Source: Octopus vulgaris
Taxonomy: Eukaryota
DNA length: 64,000 nt
Assembly: GCA_951406725.2 (NCBI GenBank)
Contig: OX597824.1
Location: forward strand, 43,276,001 to 43,340,000
Reading direction: 5' to 3'
Each line of letters starts with the position of its first letter. Position 1 is the stretch's first letter. The translations under genes were made by a program, and so were the position numbers. A model generated the notes under the pieces. The model was not told the origin of the DNA. It was given only the letters and a program-made list of their open reading frames with translations, and searched no databases. Shown piece after piece: positions 27,531 through 40,246 of the stretch.

Positions 27531-28231
27531 CTATGTATCATACTTGACGTATAGATGCTGTTGACAGGCAGGTAGCGAAGATTTTGTCGGAGATGAAATC
27601 TCTTACAGATAAGCTGTATTCAAAAGCGCGATATATATGACAGAGTTGCAAAAAGTCGTCCCGACAGTGGTTAAGGAAGACTGCCGGATGAATTTCGGCT
27701 TTCTTGGACCTCGTTAATGACGTGTATCGGTATATGCAAAATTTTATTTCGAGCTAAAGCCGTAGCATCTTGCTTGTCAAAGATGTATACACCTTAAGCA
27801 TGAAATGTAGATGGCTATTTTCATTTGCGAATATCGGATTTTTACGCAGTGCGGTGGCTATTCGCAATATCCGTGAATGTATTACTCACTGTTTCCTTTA
27901 TTGGAAGCAATAAATTTTGATTAAGCTGCTAGTATCCATCACTCACAAGCCTCAGGAGACCTAATGCACTCGATGTTCTTGATGGCCGCTGCTGGTACCT
28001 GTTATTGAACGTTGATATGTTCGCGTCTTTTTGCTAGATGTTTACAATATCAGGACTTTAACGCACATGGATTCAAGCAGGATTGCACCTAAATCCTTAT
28101 TTCTACAACATCGGAAAGTTGAACTGTGAACTTTTATGCTTTTTTTTCGTCTCTCTTTTCATCTTATTCATTTAATCCTGTCCCCTTTGTCGTCATTTCA
28201 TTAATCTATACCCTTCTCATTTTCCCTATTT

Positions 28232-28287
28232 GTCTCTGATGACAGAATATCCCATACTCTGGGGTATCCCAGAAACAGCTGTAAGAC
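28232..28287 (+). ncRNA. Type I hammerhead ribozyme, canonical core
   Basis: gtct CTGATGA ca gaatatccca tactc tggggtatcc ca GAAA CAGCTG TA agac: stem I gtct/agac, palindromic stem III, GUA cleavage triplet. Confidence 0.88.
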
Positions 28288-28682
28288 TTTGAATTTTTTC
28301 CAATAATAATAATATATGACTTAGGATGTTTGCCTTGCCTTAACGTTTGTTGTCCTCCTTAACAATTATATATCCGCCATATCGGAAATCTGCAATGATT
28401 CCATAACTACCGTTTCGGATACAACCTTGGAGACTTAGTAATCCGTTACAGCATTTACCCAGCGTACCAACTCGTTTGGATCACCTGTGATACTTTGTGT
28501 ATGTGTATATGTGTGTGTGTATGCGTGTATGTTTGCGCGTGCACGCGTATGTGTATGTGTGTGTGTGTCTGTGTCTATGTCTGTCTGTCTGCTTTACAGG
28601 GTACGTTTATCTCTGCCGATAACTACGGTGTCTTGTTTGTCTACGGTTTCTATATTACGTACATATATATATAAACGATATC

Positions 28683-28775
28683 ATTGACAGTAACTTCAAA
28701 GTTTCGGCCAGCTAAGTCATCATCGGACGAACCGACTATGGCTTAACTAACCGAAACATCGAAGTCACGGTCAAT
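28683..28775. ncRNA. Inverted pair of degenerate hammerhead motifs at the centre of a larger hairpin (~28640-28808)
   Basis: Minus strand: CCGATGA tgacttagctggcc GAAA CTTTGAAG TT. Plus strand: CCGACTA tggcttaactaacc GAAA CATCGAAG TC. The consensus stem III CTTCGAAG is a palindrome. Confidence 0.7.
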
Positions 28776-28847
28776 ATATATACGAAAGTATAGAGTAACC
28801 TATTAGACTGATGTAAAGAAAAGTTATTATAACTGAACACAGGAACA

Positions 28848-28902
<55 letters not shown>

Positions 28903-29298
28903 CAATAAGGGTTTTTTTGCAACAAGTTGCTTAACTACATACCGAAAATTTTAGAAATAGCACCCAAAGGACTACTATTTCCTTTTACTACAAAAATATG
29001 TCTCCACAGACAACAATATTTGTAACTCACATATGGCCAAAAAAGAAGAAAAATAACGAAATCAAGCAGTCTACGGTTAATTATGGACGTACGTTTCTGG
29101 ATTAGAATCATAAATATATATATATATATATATATTTATACCAGTTAGTCAAATGTGAATAACTGGAAAAAACATCAGTATTTACTTAAGTGAGTACGTA
29201 TTTGTAGTGATATATGGCCTGTACACAGTTGCGCTTGGTGCTTTCACTATTTAAATACCTTGATCTCTCGAATCCTGGAAATTTTGTGAGCGTGTGTT

Positions 29299-29354
<56 letters not shown>

Positions 29355-29432
29355 TGTGTACTCACACACACAGACATACGCATGTGTGTGTTTTTGCATA
29401 CAAACATACAAACAAACATACATATATATATG

Positions 29433-29503
<71 letters not shown>

Positions 29504-30042
29504 GTGTGTGTGTGTGTGTGTGTGTGTAGACACACACAAATATATGTATCTATATTTATATATATATCTTGTTACTGGGGAAGGAAATTATCAAATGTTA
29601 CCACTATATATTTCAGGGATTGAAGATTTATATGCACGATATGTATATATATGTATGTATAATTTTTTAATTAATTGTTAAATTTTCATTATTGCATTAA
29701 AATCTGCATTTTCAAATTTTGTTTCTACTATTTATAGTTTTACATTTACATGACTCTGTAAAATCACGTGTTGCCATGGCATCGGTTCTTTCCATAGAAA
29801 CAGCTATATTCCCTTTAATCATACGCGATTTCGGTATCTTTATTATCATTAATCTGTCACATGGACAAATATATATAAAGTATCGTATTAGAAATCGATG
29901 TTTACTTTGGAACGGTTATTTGCAACGTTCAGTGGATAGCTTAGGATGGATTTAATGGTCTAGTTATTTTATATGGTGGAATTTTATAACCAGGAGCGTT
30001 GTTGAAACCGTACGTATGTGATTGTGAGCGTCAACGTATGTA

Positions 30043-30107
<65 letters not shown>

Positions 30108-30440
30108 ATATACACTCACATATTACATATACATGTATATATCTTATTTTTAAATAGTAATTTCTATCTGTCTGCCTGTTACCATCTTGCTGCCCCTAGC
30201 AGCGAACCAATCTTCACGAAATTTGCATACACGTTACACTCAGTTTGAACATTCAGTTCATTTATAGACTGATTGGATTTCAATAAAAGTCAATAATAGG
30301 CTCCCTACATGGGTTAGACTCTTATGTAATAAAATGAGAAGGGTGCAAAGATTGTTAGTTTGTGGTAAATGTGGTGGCATAATGAGGGTAGCTAATATCA
30401 GAGAAGGGGAGAAAACAGGAAGAGACAGAAAAACAGGAAA

Positions 30441-30477
<37 letters not shown>

Positions 30478-31681
30478 GAGACAGGGAGAGAGCGGAAGAG
30501 AGAGAATGTGCTTACTTAAGGGAACAGCTAATTTTAATAATTTATTCTTTAATTTTTACCTATCATTTAACGCATACGCTTTAGTGAATCAACTATTGTG
30601 TGCTCAGTCAAAACTTTTACGATATGTCCAACAACACGTGTAAAACTAAGAAGCGAAAGATAAAGTGTTTTTGTGTTTGTTTTCAAATCACCATATTAAG
30701 ATTTATTAAAGCTTTACCAAAGTACTGAAACAATAAACTCTAGATTATGCCTTTCATTTTCTTCCATAGATGAACAACCCGTCGTTGTCGGGCAATTTTT
30801 ACAATAGAATGTCATATATATTTTTCGTTTTTACCATGTCAGACCATGCCTTCCCCGACAGATAGGCCTCTGTCCTAACGGACAGATTTGTGCAATTTTT
30901 CCGCAAAAAACTTTCCTTGACGACCTATTTCGTTTTTCATTTATATACATGTTTGTTCGACCATTTCACAGGGCTTTATTCATTAAAACTTATTAAAGCT
31001 TTAGAAGATCTTATAACTTTGGTCGTCGTAATGCTTTGCTTTCGTTTGTTTAATAATAATTCCTTCTCCTAATAATTATGCTATCATTTTGTGATAGACC
31101 GCTATCAAGCAGAAACTGCCAGCTTCCAAATCCTGTTCTCTGATTAGGTAAAATTGATTAAACTTTAAATCCCAGTAACATTTTACTGAAATTTTCCCGG
31201 AACAATTAAATAACAAAATAGGACTTAACGTGGATAATTATTACAATATACAAAATTTGAAAATTTTGACGTAATTTTAACATTTCACAAAGTGATACCA
31301 ACAGAGAAGATCCTCAAAATTAATAATAATTAACCAAAATTCAGTTGTTTCAGAGTCACACATCGTCAATCCGCTCATCCTTCCAACCATCCACCAATTC
31401 AATTTTGATATTACCTTACCATTGCAATCAATCGATTTTATAATTCAACTGTAATACTTGCCAGTATTTTGTAAATCTGTACCACAACACCGTGTATTTG
31501 TAAATCTATTTCTTATTTAAACGGGAATTGAACAGGGAACAGATTAAGACATGAAACAGTGTAATGGGAACTGGAAATAATCCCCGCTTTTCCGGGTATT
31601 ACCAAGTAATTCAACTAGTATATATATATATATATATATATATGCATATATGTATGTATGTGTGTGTGCGCGTGTGTATAC

Positions 31682-31723
<42 letters not shown>

Positions 31724-32561
31724 GTATGTAACAGATACATATATATATCCACAGACGCACACATACATATATATGTATGTATGTATATGCATCACACACA
31801 CAACACAGACACACATACATGTTAATAAAAGTACAGGAGTTACGATATCACTTTCATTAACTATTAGCTGCTTCAGTTGCATGGAACGGGCACCCGGAGT
31901 TGAGTGCCGTCTTATAGCTTACTCGGAGTCATTAAATGTGTATCTCTGCGTTGATTCCCTTTAACGATTCTTTACATTTCGATAAATAGATTGATAAAAT
32001 ATTTATCAGACTGGCATAACTACTGGTTCAAAAGGATCGACTATGTCCCTTGAAGGTCGTGCGCTAACATGACTGCAATTGAATGAATGAAACTAGTAAA
32101 TGAACAAAAGAATATGGTATTTAATTTTCTTCGGTGGACTGGTATTAAATCCTTTATACTGAAGCACAAATACCACTTTGTTAGTAATTTTACCAACAGA
32201 ACTGTAATGACGACATCAGAACGAATGCAGTAGTTCTCCAGATTGACTACAAGCCATGCAGCTGGTTATAGATTGCTAAGGCGATAATTTTCATATTTCC
32301 TATAAATAAATTATAATAGATAATAGAAGCATTCTTCAGTTCAGTTGTTACAATAGAATGAATACAGCGAAAAAATTTTTTAAACTTGGTCAAAATGATT
32401 TCAATTTAACCATAAGTGCTAAATTTTGTTATGAAAAAGTTGTTCTGATATGGAGCTAGTTCAAACTCCTACTTGCACCATTATAACGACTTCTTACAAG
32501 ACAGATTAAATTTTTAAATAATTGCTAGTGACGTTTTAAGGAGTAACGTTTGCGGTACGAT

Positions 32562-32609
<48 letters not shown>

Positions 32610-32650
32610 CCCGCGAATGTCTTAAAATTATCATTAATTAATAAAATAAG

Positions 32651-33045
32651 AGGCGGCGAGCTGGCAGAAACGTTAGCACGCCGGGCGAAATGCTCTGCAG
32701 TATTTCATCTGCTGCTACGTTCTGAGTTCAAATTCAGCCGAGGTCGACTTTGGTTTTCATCCATTCGGAGTCCGTTAAATAAGTACCAGTTACGCACTGG
32801 GTTCGATATAATCGACTTAATTCATTTGTCTGTCCCTGTTTGTCCTCTCTGCGTTTAGCCCCTTGTGGGTAGTACAGAAATAGGGATAATGTCCGTCTTT
32901 ACTTTCTGAGTTCAAATTCGGACGAAGTCGACTTTGCCTATTATATTTTCAGGGTCGATAAAATAAATACCAGTTGAGCAATGAGGTTGATGTAATCGAC
33001 TTACCTTCTCCACCGAAATTCCTGGCTTTGTGCCAAAAATTGAAA
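32651..33045 (+). mobile_element. Family A SINE with duplicated internal module
   Basis: GGCGGCGAGCTGGCAGAAACGTTAGCACGCCGGGCGAAATGC... Confidence 0.85.
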
Positions 33046-34139
33046 CAGTTTTTAATTAATAAAATTGATGAAGGTCTATCCTGTCCATAAAGGTAAACTT
33101 ATGCTATATAAAAAGCCTGTTCATAGAATTATCCGAGCATTCTTAATAACAAAAAGAGCCTTTTTGATGAGGCAGATGAGTATAAATATTTTATCAATTT
33201 TAATGTGTTGATATACTTGTGTAGCCCCAGGTCAGGTTTAATTGGACTGATCTATGACATACAGTAGTTAAACAAACGGCAACACTCATCCCATGTGCCA
33301 TCTTTTCACTGTAGACGACGAATGAATTTCTACGTGAGACTTCGATCAACTCAAAATATCAGCCAAATTCCCTTCAAATTTCAACCTACTCTCTGAAAAA
33401 TAAATGAATATATTGATTAAAGTAGATTTGTATAAAATTTATAAGAAAATTAAGAGAAGCCAAAACTGGAATGCCGGTTGGACGATGACAATTGAATACA
33501 AAGAAACTAGAAATGTAGATTTCTCCAGACATATTTTGAACACGATGACTATGCAATGATAAATTCTGATTATTGTAATGACCAAATATAATATATTATT
33601 ATGTGTTGAATCATTAAGAACAAGAATCATTAAAAACAGGAAACAAACAATCGACTTTTCATCATGGACCGCACCCAACCATTTTTTTTTCTTATTGGTA
33701 GATGTCAGATTCTAAAAACCCGGAGAGCTACAATATAAACAAGTGCCATAATGATCAATAGAGAAAAGATAAATCATCGAATGAGTCGAACATGACGCTA
33801 TGTAGTTTATCATACTCAGACTTACACGTATTTGCCAGAAAGATAAAAGTAGGTCAAACCAATAGCTTCATTCAAGACACACGAATATCTGACGAGAATA
33901 TCCCAAAAAGGAGAGGGAAAAAACACGAAATAATGCACCTTTGAATTTCAAAATCCATCTGCGGGGATCCGAAAGCAGTCCTGCTCATCCTTACAACAGT
34001 TATCTCTGAGGCCATGCGTATTACAAGCCCTTTAGTGAGGTGAGCCAAAATAAAAGTAGCAGTTCTGCTCTCTACTCCGATACAATATATATATATATTT
34101 ATATAGTTAGAATTTAGAAAAAAAGACGAAGACGGTGTG

Positions 34140-34187
<48 letters not shown>

Positions 34188-34419
34188 AAATTAAGAATAA
34201 AATCTTTATAAGAAATTATCAGTAGTTAGCGTGAAAAACCACGTAAGAGAAAAAATCTGTAAATTTTTCCACTTTGAAAATATTTATTTATATTATATAG
34301 AGGGTACTATTATTCATAGGTACCGCACGCTAGAGGGACTTTTGCAGTCAAAACTACTAAAATAAACAAATTGTACCGAATGCAAAACTTCAAAGCAAGT
34401 TATTTAAAAACAGAATTTA

Positions 34420-34483
34420 GTTACATATCACCTGTGATTTCGCAATCAATGCAGAATATGCATTCTATGCTCTTCAGTGCAAC
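34420..34483 (-). ncRNA. Type I hammerhead ribozyme (left arm)
   Basis: Exact reverse complement of 34522-34585. Confidence 0.85.
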
Positions 34484-34521
34484 GAACTCAAGATATATAA
34501 GAAAAAACATGTCTTGAGTTC

Positions 34522-34585
34522 GTTGCACTGAAGAGCATAGAATGCATATTCTGCATTGATTGCGAAATCACAGGTGATATGTAAC
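34522..34585 (+). ncRNA. Type I hammerhead ribozyme (right arm)
   Basis: gttgca CTGAAGA gca tagaatgcatattctgcattgat tgc GAAA tcac ag gtga TA tgtaac, with an AUA triplet. Confidence 0.88.
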
Positions 34586-34835
34586 TAAATTCTGTTTTTA
34601 AATGACATGCTTTGAAGTTTTGCATTCGGTACAATTTGTTTATTTTAGTAGTTTTGACTGCAAAAGTCCCTCCTAGCGTGCGGTACCTATGAATAATAGT
34701 ACCCTCTATATAATATATATATATAAATTAGTGTACAATTTTATATATAGAAGAGGTGAAAGGGCAGTTAAAGCTCAAACCACGAATAAGAGTAATTTCA
34801 AAGAGAATGAAAAATAAAAACATTTCAATAGTTAT

Positions 34836-34903
34836 CCTTATACTCGAGTTTCTGCATTAACGTGCAAATAAATTAATTTGCCATCCTTGCTTCTTCAGTA
34901 AGG
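34836..34903 (-). ncRNA. Type I hammerhead ribozyme, canonical core
   Basis: Minus strand reads cctta CTGAAGA a gca aggatg gcaaat taattt atttgc acgttaa tgc a GAAA CTCGAG TA taagg. Confidence 0.9.
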
Positions 34904-35269
34904 GCGCTAAAATTAATGCATATTTACGCAACACAGAAGATACCCGTTCTATCCTTATACATTATAACTTTTCAAATCCAAAAGAGAGGAAGGAGGATTT
35001 GCATTTTTATTTTGCTAAGTTTTTCACTCCTGGTCATAATAATATATTATATTTTAAAATTTCCCTCTACTAAATACTTTATATTTCTTTGTTTCTCTCT
35101 ACATCTTCAACAAACTTTTTAACCATGTAATTTCCGTGTTCATATATTTAACATTTATCTCTTTCTCTCTCTTTCACACACACGCACACTCTTTTACTCC
35201 ACCTCCCATTCACTCTATTTCTCTAACTATAATATAACGGGCGAACGAACAAGCAGGTTATTACGTATA

Positions 35270-35337
<68 letters not shown>

Positions 35338-35559
35338 CATATATATATACATATATATATGTGTGTGTTTGTATGTATGTATGCATGTATATATACGTAT
35401 ATATGTATGGATGTATGTTTGTATGTGTGCATATGTTCGTCTGTGTGTCTGAGTGTGTGTGCGTGTGTATGTGAGCCCTTGTCAGCAGAGTTTGAGTATG
35501 AGTGTGCCTATTTATGTGTATACATGCGTCATTTATTTGTATGTTCATGAGCAAAAGAG

Positions 35560-36692
35560 TAAGCAAAGAATAAATGTCAACATTTTCATTACATAGTATA
35601 TGTTGCGAATATAGTGTCTAAATTATTAAAACATTAGTCTCATATATTTGCTACAGCCTAACGAAATACCAGCAGTGAGACTGAATGGTATGGAAAGATG
35701 ATTTGTCTGATGGACCAAGACCAGGAGAGTATGGAGGATGAAACAAAACTTCCGTATTTAGTGCCTTAATCTTTTCGTGGGAGGCTTTGCCAATATGTTG
35801 TATTGCGCAATCCTGTAATAGTAACACTCCTTTACGATGGACCGATATTGGGTGAACTCTGGCAAATTTGTGTGCAATGCTTGCACTTGATATCTCTTTT
35901 CTGCATTAACTGTTTTCTTTTAGTTTCACACTTCACGATAGATCACACCATTCATATCCAACCACACGTAGAGCAAAACATTTTTTAGAGATATTGTCCT
36001 AGCTTGAGAATGGATTCTTCTTTTTCAATGGATGCTAGCGATTTGTCGTTTTCTTGAACATGATTAAGGGAGCACACATTTTTATCACTTGTGATGATGC
36101 TACCAGGGAAATGTTCGGTAACAAGGCTCTTCATTTCAAAGATGAACAGAGGGTAAATTTTTGGTTAAGCTGAGAATCAATCAGATGACGAAATACACAG
36201 ATCGAATTTAGACACTTTTCCTTGTTTATGAAGTATTTTATTTTCAAAGTGTGACTTGAATTGACTGTTCTACTAATTCTCGTGCAATTTGCTTTCTGGA
36301 TTTTCCTCAATACGGCTTTCAGAATTTCATTATTTACAATGCTTGGTCATTCAGAACAAGGGAATTTTCACGAGCGAAACTGGCCAAACCATTTTTAGTA
36401 AGCCCGAATACTTAAAGCTTCATGTCCATAGATAGAACGAATATTTCTTGCGCAACTATTCCCTAAGATCCCTTCTTGAATTCATACGGTATACGATGTC
36501 AGATAAGGCTATGACCTAAACTGATTTTAAAATAGTAAAATCGATTCGGATGTCACCACTATAGTGTAAAGTAATCGGCGATAAGACAGAAACATTTTAG
36601 ACTGTAAAAGGTAACGCTTATTTTACAGTTAGTATTGAAAAAAAATACGTCAAATCGACTCAAAATGGGACAGCGTTTTCCTTTTAACCTAA
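35560..36692 (-). mobile_element. Highly decayed mariner-like transposon
   Basis: Mariner-type TIR (reverse complement TATTAGGTTAAAAGGAAAACGCTGTCCCATTT) at ~36663-36693 and an IITSDKNV (ITGDEKW-like) remnant. Confidence 0.5.
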
Positions 36693-36738
36693 TATGTGTG
36701 TGTATATGTTTGCATTTGTATCTTTGTGTGTATGTGTA

Positions 36739-36799
<61 letters not shown>

Positions 36800-36803
<4 letters not shown>

Positions 36804-36983
36804 GAAATTTACAGAAAAACAAAAAAACGGAGACAGTTGTATAAACAACAAACAGATGTATTAGTTTAACGCTCGGGAAGGTGAGAGAGTCTTTTACGTT
36901 TCAAGCCTACGCTCTTCAACAGAAAAGTACACGTGAAAATAGAGAGAGAATAAGAAAGAAACTTTGGAGCTAGTGGTCAATCA
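36800..36983 (-). mobile_element. ~185 bp hammerhead-variant element (copy 3 of 3)
   Basis: Minus strand 36926-36891 reads ctttt CTGTTGA A gagc gtag gctt GAAA CG TA aaag. (TA)n on both sides. Confidence 0.75.
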
Positions 36984-37124
36984 TATATATACATATATAT
37001 GTATATATGTATATATATATACATATACACACACACACACGAGTAAGTGGACAAATGCCAGAGGGGCACTCAACCAATTTATTGTGAGTTACATGTAAGG
37101 ATCAAAACAGTTCGATTCAAATTC

Positions 37125-37170
37125 GTTGGTACTCTTGAGTTTCAAACGTGATGCTGGTCGTCAGTCATTT
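37125..37170 (-). ncRNA. Degenerate hammerhead motif downstream of a PLE remnant
   Basis: Minus strand reads CTGACGA ccagcatcacgttt GAAA CTC AA GAG TA. Stems I and II are eroded. Confidence 0.5.
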
Positions 37171-37689
37171 TGAATTTGAATGACATAAGTCAATTATTAT
37201 TACTGTAAGGTGGGTTGCGATTGGTCGAGGAAGATCACGCGGTTTGATGTTGGTATATGGGTAACAGACAGTTGGAAATTACTGCATGGTGAACAGAAAA
37301 TTGACCACGTCGCGATTAAATATCGGTTAGTTGGTTGTGGGGAGTAGGAAGGGGTATGTGCAAGTATATAGTTCTATTTGTGGGTGCGTTGAAGCGCTCA
37401 TATAGTTTTGTGTGCATGTGTATACTGATACGAGTGAGCGCATGTGTACATGAGCACGCACATGCGCGTCTACTCACAAACACACACACAAGCGCTTGGA
37501 CGATAACACACACGCGCGCACGCACGCACATTCACTCGCATACGCAGTCATGCACACACATACATGTATACACACACGTGCGTATTCATTCATTTACATT
37601 CCTGTACATTCACATGCATGTACGGAAGCACACCAGTGTGCGCATGCGCGAGTATACACGAACAAAACAAGCGTTGGGGATTAGTATGT

Positions 37690-38530
37690 GTTGGCGTTTG
37701 GTAAACATTGGGGATAGGCAAATATCGGTCCTAATCATCGGGATGATTCATAGCAGTGACTTTGGTGCAGGCGGTGCAGAGTAGCAGCTGGTGCTACGGT
37801 GGTATATCTAGGGTGTCGGCAGTCAGAGACCTGCAACCTCTGGTGACAGCAATACGATAAATCGTATTTCTTCTTGATGGATACTGCGGTTGTTGGAGGA
37901 TATGAAGTTTTACGCAGAGGCAAAGCTGGCAGCTGGGGGTGCCGGGTGAATATGGTGGTGCTCTGTCGACAATAGTCTACTTGATACTGGGTATTTCATC
38001 ACGGAGATCACGGAATCTCCAGTGAAAACGAAAGAGGGATGTAGAGTTCTCTCTGTCCTTGAATCTGAACGAGTGCATATGCTGGGAGTATCATATGAGT
38101 GCATATGCTGTCATACCTGTATAGTGCCCAGTAATGCCATCGGATGGTGTAAGGATTGCTCTGTATACTGCGATCCTTGAGAGACTACTAGAGGGTATAT
38201 GGTGGGATTTTAGCAGTTGCAGGTTAGGTTGGGGTGGTGTGGGTGCATTTTTACATCAGTTGATGCGTGCGATCTAAGATGCGATGTTGTCTAAGTAAGA
38301 GTAGCTCACCAAGATATTATGGGGTCTGAAGAGTTTGTGATACTTATGGCCTTTGGGAAGTGTTTCTTAATTAACGACAGGAAGCTTCTAGCTACGTTGG
38401 TGGAAACTTCTAAGCTGAAAGCGGGGTTATACCATCCTAATTTTCCTTCTCCAAATCCCAGTGGGTTGAGGAGAGGGTGTTTGGGGGTTGTTTAGGGGTT
38501 GTCCACATAAGTGAGCTTCGCAGTAAACCC
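37690..38530 (-). mobile_element. Penelope-like element C-terminal remnant
   Basis: Minus strand [36 protein letters not shown]...VSYSYLDN matches the PLE linker motif WFNPP..S..V.TN...FL.LI.KHFP. A later QLCLCVK Cys motif is present. Confidence 0.8.
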
Positions 38531-38534
38531 ACTC

Positions 38535-38679
38535 CATGGTTCTGGGTTCAGTCCCACTGCGTGGTACCTTGAGCAAGTGTCTTCTACTATAGCCTCGAGC
38601 CGACCAAAGCTTTGTGAGTGGATTTGGTAGACGGAAACTGAAAGAAGCTCGTCGTATATAAATATATATATCTATGTGT

Positions 38680-38724
<45 letters not shown>

Positions 38725-38950
38725 TGTCTGTGTGTCTGTGTGTCTGTGTGTCTGTGTTTGTCTCCCCAACATCACTTGACAACCGATGCTGGTACGTTTA
38801 CGTCCCCGTAACTTAGCGGTTCGGCAAAAGAGACTAGTAGTATAAGTACTAGGCTTACAAAGAATAAGTCTTGTGGTCGATTCGCTCGACAAAAGGTGGC
38901 ACTCCTGCATGGCCGCAGTCAAATGACTGAAACAAGTAAAATAAATAAAA
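38535..38950 (+). mobile_element. Family B SINE
   Basis: GGTTCAGTCCCACTGCGTGGTACCTTGAGCAAGTG...AAATGACTGAAACAAGTAAA. Confidence 0.88.
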
Positions 38951-40022
38951 GAATATATGAACGTCTCATCTATTACAAATTTATATGGAAAATACCTGTA
39001 AGGTTACCATCCAAATCGAGACTACAGACAGAAATATTGATAATCAAGAGATATACAATGAGGAGATATACAACAATAAGTACCTTAAATCAGAGTTAAT
39101 CAACCGCTGCGAACTGTCTGCAGTTTATTAGCTGATTCAAACTTAATGCGTATAACTGTGTTCTTTTTGAGTTCTCCTCACACAGCTTATGATAATGGCC
39201 ATTTAGGCCAGAAAAATATTGAATATAACTGAACGTGTTCCTTTACAAAAATACATATACATATATCTATAATAATATATGCGAAAGCGAATGTCAGTGT
39301 GTCACTGCGTCACACTTTTTAACTTTACTCCTCGACCCCCTCTTACATTATTCATTGTCACTTCTAGTATTCTTCATTCTCGTTTTTTTCTTCCTCCTAG
39401 CATTTTGAAAATATATTTCTCTAAATATTATAATTCCCAAAATAAACAATAAAAAAATCTTTCTCTAAATATTATAACTGTATGAAGTGATTTAACCATA
39501 ACACGAGCTTCATAACCTTCGGAACTGAAGTACTTATTGAACTCACTCTCTCATACAATATTACCTCTCATAACTCTCTACCATAAAAATGTTGGTAACT
39601 TAGTATTTTTTCAGATATTAATAAAATTTGTCGGACCTATTTTCATGCCGTCGGCCGTCAGAGCTATGGAAATTTAGCGCACTCCGACTACATGAAAATA
39701 AATTTGACTAATTTTGTTATTACCTTAAAAAATACTAAATTTCAAATATCTTTATGGTTTAGAGCACTCCCAAACCATGAAAATCACACTTTGAAATAGT
39801 GTTTAGCGACAGCGGTGTAATTTTCTTTCAAACAACGGACAGGAGATTGAATACGTACCAGCTACTACAAATAATTGTTTGTACGAAAAGTAAGGCCCTA
39901 TGTGCACCAAATTCTCTTTAAATAAAATGGCGGCGGAAGAATTGTCGTTCAACTCATAAAAGCTGATTTATTGCTGCCTATGGCCAGCTATATGTTGTTG
40001 TTCAAGAGTAGGGAATGGAAAC

Positions 40023-40069
<47 letters not shown>

Positions 40070-40075
<6 letters not shown>

Positions 40076-40235
40076 CAGGCCTCTTTCAGTTTTTGTCTAT
40101 CAAATCCACTCAGAAGGGGCTGGTCAGCCCGAGGCTATAGTAGAAGACACTTGCCCTAGGAACCATGCAGGGGGACTGAACCCAGAACCATGTGGTTGAG
40201 ACGCAAGCTTCTTGCCTTACATCCATGCCCGTGCC
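40070..40235 (-). mobile_element. Family B SINE head, head-to-head with the next copy
   Basis: Reverse complement of the family B head. Confidence 0.82.
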
Positions 40236-40246
40236 TATGTATTTAT

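Larger units (their letters stand above)
34289..34716. repeat. Near-perfect palindrome (~205 bp arms) between (TA)n tracts
   Basis: Arms 34289-34495 and 34509-34716 differ by only a few substitutions and one indel. Confidence 0.97.

Noticed and set aside
29070-29112. Minus-strand AGAAACGTACGTC half-hammerhead next to (TA)n
   Set aside because: The CUGANGA half is absent, probably truncated, so it was not counted as a ribozyme.
39185-39232. ATGATAAT-GGCC-ATTTA-GGCC-AGAAAAATATTG
   Set aside because: The spacing is hammerhead-like but the core has several mismatches and there is no clear NUH or stem I.
39265-39900. Helitron-like start (ATCTATAATAATA...), with similar hints at ~8300 and ~30170
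   Set aside because: I could not confirm a 3' hairpin plus CTRR end, so the evidence is insufficient.
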